A stretch of DNA of 64,000 nucleotides, taken from Bdellovibrionota bacterium. Lineage in GTDB: Bacteria > Bdellovibrionota_C > UBA2361 > CALJRW01. The stretch lies in NCBI GenBank assembly GCA_041740355.1, contig JBGSMD010000063.1:142612-206611 (forward strand), in the 5' to 3' direction. The translations under genes were made by a program, and so were the position numbers. Under the pieces are notes generated by a model. The model made no database searches. It saw only the letters and a program-made list of their open reading frames with translations, and was not told the DNA's origin. Of the stretch, positions 57,594-64,000 are shown one piece after another (within the stretch, counting starts at the first letter, position 1; each line of letters opens with the position of its first letter).

Positions 57594-60248
57594 TTACTTA
57601 ACAAACTGCGCATTAATCTCTTGAAGGATTAATTTGAGTTCTTGGGGTTGCAAATTATTAATCGTAGCACTTTCAGGTCTTCCTCCTCCTTTACCACAAC
57701 TAAACTTCTGCATTAAACCTTGCACTAGCTTCTTAGCATCAATTTCGGCAGACAATCCTTTACTAACAGAAACTTGGAGTTGCCCAGATCCGGCATTTGC
57801 TAAGACTAGCACCGTCTCTTTTTTAACTCGGGATAAAACTGTTTTGGAAATATCGTTTAGTCCTTCTTTTCTTCCAGTTTCAACATTCGCTACGATAATT
57901 GATCGAAGACTGTCGGGGCGAGAAGCAGAGTCACTTAATATTCTTTCTACTTCTTGTTTTTCAATAACGGCATGAACTCTTGCTAGCTCTTTACCAAGTG
58001 AAGCATGATCCTCTCGTAACTTTTGAACTCCAACTAAAAGTTCAGTTTCCGGACAACGCAACTCTTTGCTAGCTTGGCGGACTAACATTAAACGATCTTC
58101 TAAGTAAGTTCGAGCAGCCACACCACACAAAGCTTCGATTCGGCGAACGCCAGAAGCAATTCCACCTTCCGAGATGATCACGAATAAATTTACGTCGCCA
58201 GTATTTTGAACATGCGTTCCACCACAAAGTTCAACTGAAGATCCCATTTTTACAACACGAACTAGTTCACCATATTTTTCAGCAAAGAATGCTTTGGCAC
58301 CTGTTTCCATTGCTTGTTTGATTGGCATCTCTTTAGTTACAACTTGTTCGTTCTGATCAATCAAGTGTCGAACGATATTCTCAATTTCAGATAACTCTTC
58401 CGTAGAGATAGGGCTTTGATGACTAAAATCAAATCGCAAACGATCGGGAGCAACCAACGAACCTCTCTGTTGAACACCAGAACCTAATACTGCTGTTAAG
58501 GCATAATTTAAAAGGTGGGTACCAGAATGATGCTCACAGATTTTCTGACGACGAGCTGTATTGATACTTAGAGTAACTTGTTTGTTCTCAAAATCGTCAA
58601 TCTTTACTGGATGAATTAAATCAATCACATGAATAATCTGTCCACCAGGAAGAACTTGCGTGTCACGAATTTGAAATGTCTTCCCTGTTATTTCTAAAAT
58701 TCCCTGATCGCCAACTTGTCCACCCTTCTCACCATAAAAGGGAGTTTGATCACAAAGAATCATCAAGGTGTCACCTGAAATCTCAGCCCGAAGTATTTTT
58801 GCATTAGAAGTATTTTGATCAAACCCAACAAAGTTTGTTGGCGCAGTTCCATTAAAGGAACTGAAATCTAATTGATCATTTGTTTTCCGTGCGCCGCGCG
58901 ATCTAGTTCGTTGCTCCTCAAGGGCAGAATCAAATCCCGCACGATCAAGTGTTAATCCCCGGGCATTTAGAATCTCTTCTGTTAAATCAACAGGAAAACC
59001 AAAAGTATCATAAAGCTCAAAAGCAACTTGTCCGGATAAACTTCCACCCTTTGAAACTCCGGCAAGATTACGTTCTAAGAGTTTTAATCCACTATGCAAA
59101 GTAGTTTGAAAGCGAGCTTCCTCCTGAGAAACTGTATTTTGAATATCTTTTCGAGACTTAGTTAATTTCGGAAAAGCATCTCCCATCGCTTCAACAACTT
59201 CATTAGTTATTTCTGATAAAAATGGTTTTTCAATTCCAAGGACTTGACCAAAGCGAATCGATCGTCGAATTAATCTTCGCAATACATATCCGGGCCCTTC
59301 ACTATCAGGGACCACTCCATCGGCAATCAAGAAGGCAATTGCTCGTGCGTGATCGGCAATAACACGCATGGCGACATCAAGGTCGTACTGTTCATCTTGC
59401 TTATCAGGTGTTAGCTCATAATCTTTCCCCACATACTTAGCACCAGAAAAAGTCTGAACTTTTTTGATTAAAGTTTTAAAGTAATCGGTGTCATAGTTAG
59501 AACGAACTCCTTGCACGACAGAGGCTATTCGCTCGAGTCCCATCCCAGTATCAATACATGGTTTTGGCAGATTCTCCTGAGTGCCATCAAGTTTTCTATT
59601 AAATTGCATGAATACTAAATTCCAGATTTCTAGATAGTCACCATTATCTTTCATGAAGTCTGCTTCCGATTGTTCGTTAGGAGTTTCTCCCATGTAGTAG
59701 AAAATCTCTGAAGAATATCCATTAGGCCCAGTCTCTCCCATTGCCCAAAGGTTAGTATCATCACCAAGTCGCACAATTCGAGCAGGATCAAGATCAGTAA
59801 CTTTTGTCCAAAGTTCGGCTGCCTCATTATCAGAATGATGGACTGATACCCAAAGCATATTTTTATCAAGCTTTAAATCTTCCGTTAAAAACTTCCAAGC
59901 CATCGAAATAGCATCTTTTTTAAAATAATCTCCTAAAGAAAAGTTTCCAAGCATTTCAAAAAAAGTGTGGTGTCGTCGTGTCCGCCCAATTTGTTCGTAA
60001 TCGTTATGTTTACCATGAAGACGCAAGGAAGGTTGGGAAGATGCGGCTCGAACATAAGGGCGTTGCTCTTCCCCTTTAAAGTTAGGAATAAAGGCTACCA
60101 TCCCACTATTCACAAATAGTAGTCCAGAGCTAGCAGGCGCGGCATTTAATGGAATCCCATCTACAACGACATGATCGTTTTTAGCAAAAAATTTGAGGTA
60201 AGCATCGCGAAGTTCATTGATGGTCATCATTGTAGGCATTTTGGACAT
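57594..60248 (-). CDS. alaS: Alanine--tRNA ligase (full length, divergent)
   Basis: HHTFFEMLGNFS.GDYFK, EIWNLVFMQ, DTGMGLER, YDTFGFP, TPFYGEKGGQVGD, editing HSGTH and ELCGGTH, GVRRIEA, GKGGG C-Ala domain. Confidence 0.95.
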   Translation of the reverse strand: MSKMPTMMTINELRDAYLKFFAKNDHVVVDGIPLNAAPASSGLLFVNSGMVAFIPNFKGEEQRPYVRAASSQPSLRLHGKHNDYEQIGRTRRHHTFFEMLGNFSLGDYFKKDAISMAWKFLTEDLKLDKNMLWVSVHHSDNEAAELWTKVTDLDPARIVRLGDDTNLWAMGETGPNGYSSEIFYYMGETPNEQSEADFMKDNGDYLEIWNLVFMQFNRKLDGTQENLPKPCIDTGMGLERIASVVQGVRSNYDTDYFKTLIKKVQTFSGAKYVGKDYELTPDKQDEQYDLDVAMRVIADHARAIAFLIADGVVPDSEGPGYVLRRLIRRSIRFGQVLGIEKPFLSEITNEVVEAMGDAFPKLTKSRKDIQNTVSQEEARFQTTLHSGLKLLERNLAGVSKGGSLSGQVAFELYDTFGFPVDLTEEILNARGLTLDRAGFDSALEEQRTRSRGARKTNDQLDFSSFNGTAPTNFVGFDQNTSNAKILRAEISGDTLMILCDQTPFYGEKGGQVGDQGILEITGKTFQIRDTQVLPGGQIIHVIDLIHPVKIDDFENKQVTLSINTARRQKICEHHSGTHLLNYALTAVLGSGVQQRGSLVAPDRLRFDFSHQSPISTEELSEIENIVRHLIDQNEQVVTKEMPIKQAMETGAKAFFAEKYGELVRVVKMGSSVELCGGTHVQNTGDVNLFVIISEGGIASGVRRIEALCGVAARTYLEDRLMLVRQASKELRCPETELLVGVQKLREDHASLGKELARVHAVIEKQEVERILSDSASRPDSLRSIIVANVETGRKEGLNDISKTVLSRVKKETVLVLANAGSGQLQVSVSKGLSAEIDAKKLVQGLMQKFSCGKGGGRPESATINNLQPQELKLILQEINAQFVK

Positions 60249-60349
60249 TAATACAGAAAAATAAGGCTTAATTTAGTAGATATTTAAAATAGTACCATGG
60301 GAGAATTATTTCAAGTTTTATTAGTGACTTCGATAAATACTATGATAGT

Positions 60350-60600
60350 CAACACTCTTGCACTCTTTAACCATCGTTCTGGCAAATCAATTAATATACC
60401 AATAGCTAAACTTCTAAGCGTCTCTAATAATTATCTAGCTTGCAGTCTAATCGATATTTCTAGAAGTATTAGGGAGATTTCGACCATCCCGAAAAAGGAA
60501 GATTATTAGATATGTTCTAAAAATGATAAAGTATGGAATCTTAAAAATAACAGTCCAGTTGGGGGGCATAATTTGCCAATCAAGTCTTTAAGTAATTGGT
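60350..60600 (-). mobile_element. Decayed remnant of a second RAYT copy: last ~30 codons plus its 3' flank
   Basis: Minus strand ~60598-60506 reads QLLKDLIGKLCPPTGLLFLRFHTLSFLEHI* versus the RAYT C-terminus EIYQKILGGDLSEPYPAGVFPPRLPLLHHLIEHRY*. The flank aligns with 62845-63010, including exact TAATATACCAATAGCTAA at 60392-60409 and 62880-62897. Confidence 0.72.
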
Positions 60601-60604
60601 TTTA

Positions 60605-61747
60605 TTATCTTACAGAATCCGAAATTAAGTTAAATATTTTTTGAGAATAAATCTCCCTGGTAAAGTTCTCATTTGCGGTCTCGGCAGCCTGTGTGGCTAA
60701 TTTAAAATATAATTCACGATCCTCAATTATCTGAATCATTTTTTTTGCTAAATCAACTTCATTACCCGTATAAAGTAAGCCATTAAAATGATCTTTCACA
60801 AGTTCAGAGGTTCCATAACTATTAAAACCAACAACGGGAATACCGGATGCCATTGCTTCGGCTGAGACTCTACCCATTGCCTCGTAACGTGAGCAAGTTA
60901 TAAGGGCATCAGCATTAAACAGCACTTGGTAAGGATCATGAACAAAACCAAAAAAATCAACACTGTCTTGAATTCTTAATTGAACTGCCAACGACTGCAA
61001 ATATTCTCCATAATGATTTTCAAGATTTCCAACAATTATTAATCGTGAAGCAATTTTTTTTGACTTTAATATCGCGATAGCTCTTAAAGCTTCTTCTTGG
61101 AACTTATTTTTTGAAATTTGACTTAAAATGCAAAAAGTAAAAACGTCCTGACTCTCCATCCGCGCTTTTCTATTTTCCTTAAACAGCTCAATAGAATTAT
61201 CACTAAAAACTCCATTCCAGATAACAGCTAGTTTGGCTTTAACTTTACTTAGGACATGCTGTTTAATGCAGTCAGAAATGGCAATTACTTGATCAGATTG
61301 GTTCAAGCAAAAATTAAAAAAACAGTTACCAAAATCAGGCACTAGATCGTAATCAAGCTTACCAAACTCTCGGATATGCCAAAAATGAGGAATTCTCATT
61401 AACTTAGCAAGTGCTAATCCAATATTTAGACATGAGCTATTTGTATAAATAATTTTTGGTTTAAATTTCCTTACTGTTAAATATAATTTTGGTAATAAAA
61501 TTAAATTAATTAAAAGCTTTTGAAGAGATTTAAAATGATTAGCAGCTTTGATATTACTTGTTGAATTTAAAAACGGAAAAATTTGATATTCAATATTTTT
61601 TGTTTTTAATTCAGGTATCAGTGGGCCATCAAAAGGGCAAAAAATTACTGCGCGTATCCCATGCTCTTTTAATCCTAAAACTAACTCAATTAATGATTTA
61701 TTAGCACCATGTAGGTTGGAATAGTGCGTGAAAAATACTATTGTCAT
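60605..61747 (-). CDS. GT4 glycosyltransferase
   Basis: LHGANKSL, WHIREF, WNGV, SRYEAMGRVSAEAMASG. Confidence 0.92.
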   Translation of the reverse strand: MTIVFFTHYSNLHGANKSLIELVLGLKEHGIRAVIFCPFDGPLIPELKTKNIEYQIFPFLNSTSNIKAANHFKSLQKLLINLILLPKLYLTVRKFKPKIIYTNSSCLNIGLALAKLMRIPHFWHIREFGKLDYDLVPDFGNCFFNFCLNQSDQVIAISDCIKQHVLSKVKAKLAVIWNGVFSDNSIELFKENRKARMESQDVFTFCILSQISKNKFQEEALRAIAILKSKKIASRLIIVGNLENHYGEYLQSLAVQLRIQDSVDFFGFVHDPYQVLFNADALITCSRYEAMGRVSAEAMASGIPVVGFNSYGTSELVKDHFNGLLYTGNEVDLAKKMIQIIEDRELYFKLATQAAETANENFTREIYSQKIFNLISDSVR

Positions 61748-61755
61748 TTATTGAG

Positions 61756-62766
61756 TTAGCCCCGAATCTGCTTTCTGGTTTTGAAACCATCATTTTCAAT
61801 CAATGTGTATAATTTTTTATAAGTATAAGCTTGGGTGATTATCAAATATTGAATTGGCAGATAAAGAAATAATAATTCAAAGTTTTTCAAACTTAATATT
61901 AAGAATAAAAAAACAAAAGAAACCACTACGGAGATAGTAAATAATCTTGGTAATTGCTCGATAAGATTTTTCTTTTTTTTGCCTCTAATAATTCTTTTTT
62001 CAATATTACCTAATTCACTTAAAAAAAGTTTTACATTCTCTAAGTTTAAAGGTTTTTCACTAACATAGTGTTGTTTAAGTATGGAGCGATTATAATCCGC
62101 CTCAGGTCCCATCCATTGAGAACCAGTTGCTCCTTTGATATGACTGTAATCGTGGTTTTGATGATAAACTAAGGTGTATTTAGAAATATCTATAATTGGC
62201 AAATCATTTTTCAAAAAATGACCAATCAGCCAATTATCCCAATAAGGTCTTCCGATCAAAAACGGTGGTAAATTTAATCCTATTTTTTTAGGATAAATGA
62301 AAAAATCGCTGCCCCATGGTGGATGAATTTTGCCATTTTGATGAGCTAAATCAATCGAAAAAGTACCGCCTGGGAGTGAATTAAAATCCCATCTTTGCCC
62401 TACAAGCATGAAAGAATTATTATCAACTGCTCTCTGTGATAAAATTTTTTCTATTGCTGCTTGAAATTTATCGGTAATAATTATGTCGGCATTAATGTAA
62501 CAAAGAATTTCTCCTTACGCGATTTTTTCAACATTAATAAAAACATCATCTAAAAAATAAGTTCCAAAATCATTTTTTTTTATATCTGGGATATGAATTA
62601 AACCGTATTTTTGGCAAGCTTCGTCAACTCCAAAATCATTACCACACAAAATTATCTCGGCCTTGCATCCTAAAGCTAACCAGCTCTTAATTGCATTTTC
62701 TTGTAATTCAGCAATGTTTCCAAGGAAGGATTTTGGAACAGAAAAAATTGTTAGTTTTAAATCCAC
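61756..62766 (-). pseudogene. GT-A-like glycosyltransferase gene split by one in-frame TAA
   Basis: ORFs 62515-62766 and 61756-62409 share a frame. Reading through the TAA at 62515-62517 gives ...VEKIA*GEILCYINADIIITDKF...FMLVGQRWD with no other stop. Confidence 0.82.
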
Positions 62767-63012
62767 AAATAGCTACTTTTATAAAAAGACAACTAATAAA
62801 TAGTTGAATTATAAGTTTTTATCAATCCACCAAATAGACAATATTCGGGACTCTTGAGCCAGGCTTCTTGCCTAGCAAATAATATACCAATAGCTAATAA
62901 CTTCCACTGGTCGTAGATATTTAACTAGTTCAATCTAAATTAGATATTTCATAAAGCACTAGACGGATCTCTCCCTTTCCAGCATAGAGTCTAGATAATG
63001 AATAATGAGCGA

Positions 63013-63978
63013 CTAATACCGATGCTCAATTAAGTGATGAAGCAGTGGTAATCTTGGTGGGAACACCCCTGCTGGGTACGGCTCTGATAAATCACCACCT
63101 AAGATCTTTTGGTAAATTTCATTCGCCTCCTCGCAAATATTCTTAATATAATTAATAAATTGCTTTCTTAGCTCTCTGTTTCCGGAAATACACCACATTT
63201 TTCGGCCAGATCGGTTTGACCTATAATTTAAATCTATTCCTTGATTTTCAAGCTTAGTTCTTCCCATAAAGAATTTTTTATCCTGCCAAACTTCCAACTG
63301 AGATTCTCTAATCTTTTGATGAATTTTTTTATTGATCTCATTTACTTCCTTTAATTCCTTGATGTTAAATGCTTTCATCCAGCCATTTGGATCTATCGTC
63401 AGGTTACCCCTAGCAGGGTTATCTTTTGTTAATAGATTTTTCATCTTCTGAAAGAAGTTAAAACCTTTGTCCTGCGGCATCTCAAAAAGCGAATCTCTGG
63501 TAATGTAATTACACTTAATATTTTTAGTATTAGCTAAGTAATTATCCCATGAAGATAATCCCGGATAATTATTTATTGTTTCGATTAACCCATCTTTAAC
63601 TGGATTGGTGTATAGGTAGACAATTTTACTAATAACATCTTCTCTAGTTAACAGGGCTGGAGAGTCATATCTTTCACACCAGACGGTCCTTTTTCTTCGA
63701 CCAATAATTCGATTTAAATAATGTGCTGATTCAGTTTTAAATCGTTCCATGAATTTGGGCAGATCTTCTGGGTTTTCTATTCGGACAATCATGTGGATAT
63801 GAGTTCCATTTACGATAAAATGGTTTATTTCCAGTGGGTGGTGCTTAAAGGCTCTGACTAGTGCCGCTTTTAGGATAAACTTAATTAATGGATTGGCAGG
63901 CAACAAGATTCCCTCCTCCACACTGAGGGTCACGAAGTAGGTTTTATTATTTAGGATTACCTTGCGAAGGCGGGGCAT
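63013..63978 (-). mobile_element. REP-associated tyrosine transposase (RAYT; Y1/HUH, IS200/IS605 superfamily)
   Basis: MPR..R, YFVT, THIHMIV (HUH), WCERYDS, YLYTNPVKDGL, YPGLSSW. Confidence 0.9.
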
Positions 63979-64000
63979 ATCAATATTCTATTATTTATTT

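Noticed and set aside
3677-59869. Short ORFs nested in or antisense to long genes (e.g. 3677, 7270, 8132, 10486, 13949, 16224, 34847, 38603, 46232, 52910, 57634, 59651)
   Set aside because: They overlap well-supported CDSs and carry no motifs; treated as shadow ORFs.
60297-60509. 70-aa plus-strand ORF upstream of alaS
   Set aside because: No recognisable features; overlaps the decayed RAYT 3'-flank copy.
54658-62766. TAA reassignment or programmed readthrough to explain three in-frame TAA codons
   Set aside because: Many intact genes in the window end in TAA and long ORFs are otherwise uninterrupted; ordinary nonsense mutations are simpler.

Overview
AT-rich bacterial window, probably from a Gram-negative deltaproteobacterium-like or Bdellovibrionota-like lineage (inferred from gene content only). 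Left end: pilN (partial)-pilM, priA, a secreted cyclophilin and an RluA-RlmI/K-type fusion. About 6.8-45.3 kb is a large surface-polysaccharide/glycosylation locus of the exosortase-A/PEP-CTERM-associated type: Wza, two co-polymerases, a BY-kinase, FemAB-like and Wzy/O-antigen-ligase-like proteins, a priming transferase, many GT4/GT2/GT-C enzymes, methyltransferases and acyltransferases. Scattered through it is a full set of lasso-peptide-type maturation genes (B2 peptidase, PqqD/RRE B1, cyclase-like AsnB homolog, HPr-kinase-like kinase, NTP_transf_5 nucleotidyltransferase, ABC exporter), but I could find no precursor peptide. This is the best candidate for an undescribed system. Right part: PBP1A, a Gld-like ABC system, a VWA repeat protein, a toxin-antitoxin pair with a dead toxin, a giant TadE-like protein, a divergent AlaRS that lacks the usual G3:U70-reading Asn, and two glycosyltransferase genes lying between an intact RAYT/IS200-like transposase and a decayed remnant of a second copy. 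Also seen: a 68-bp IS982-like MITE and several REP-like palindromes. No rRNA, tRNA or CRISPR array was seen. All family calls come from motif recognition by eye; no database searches were run.
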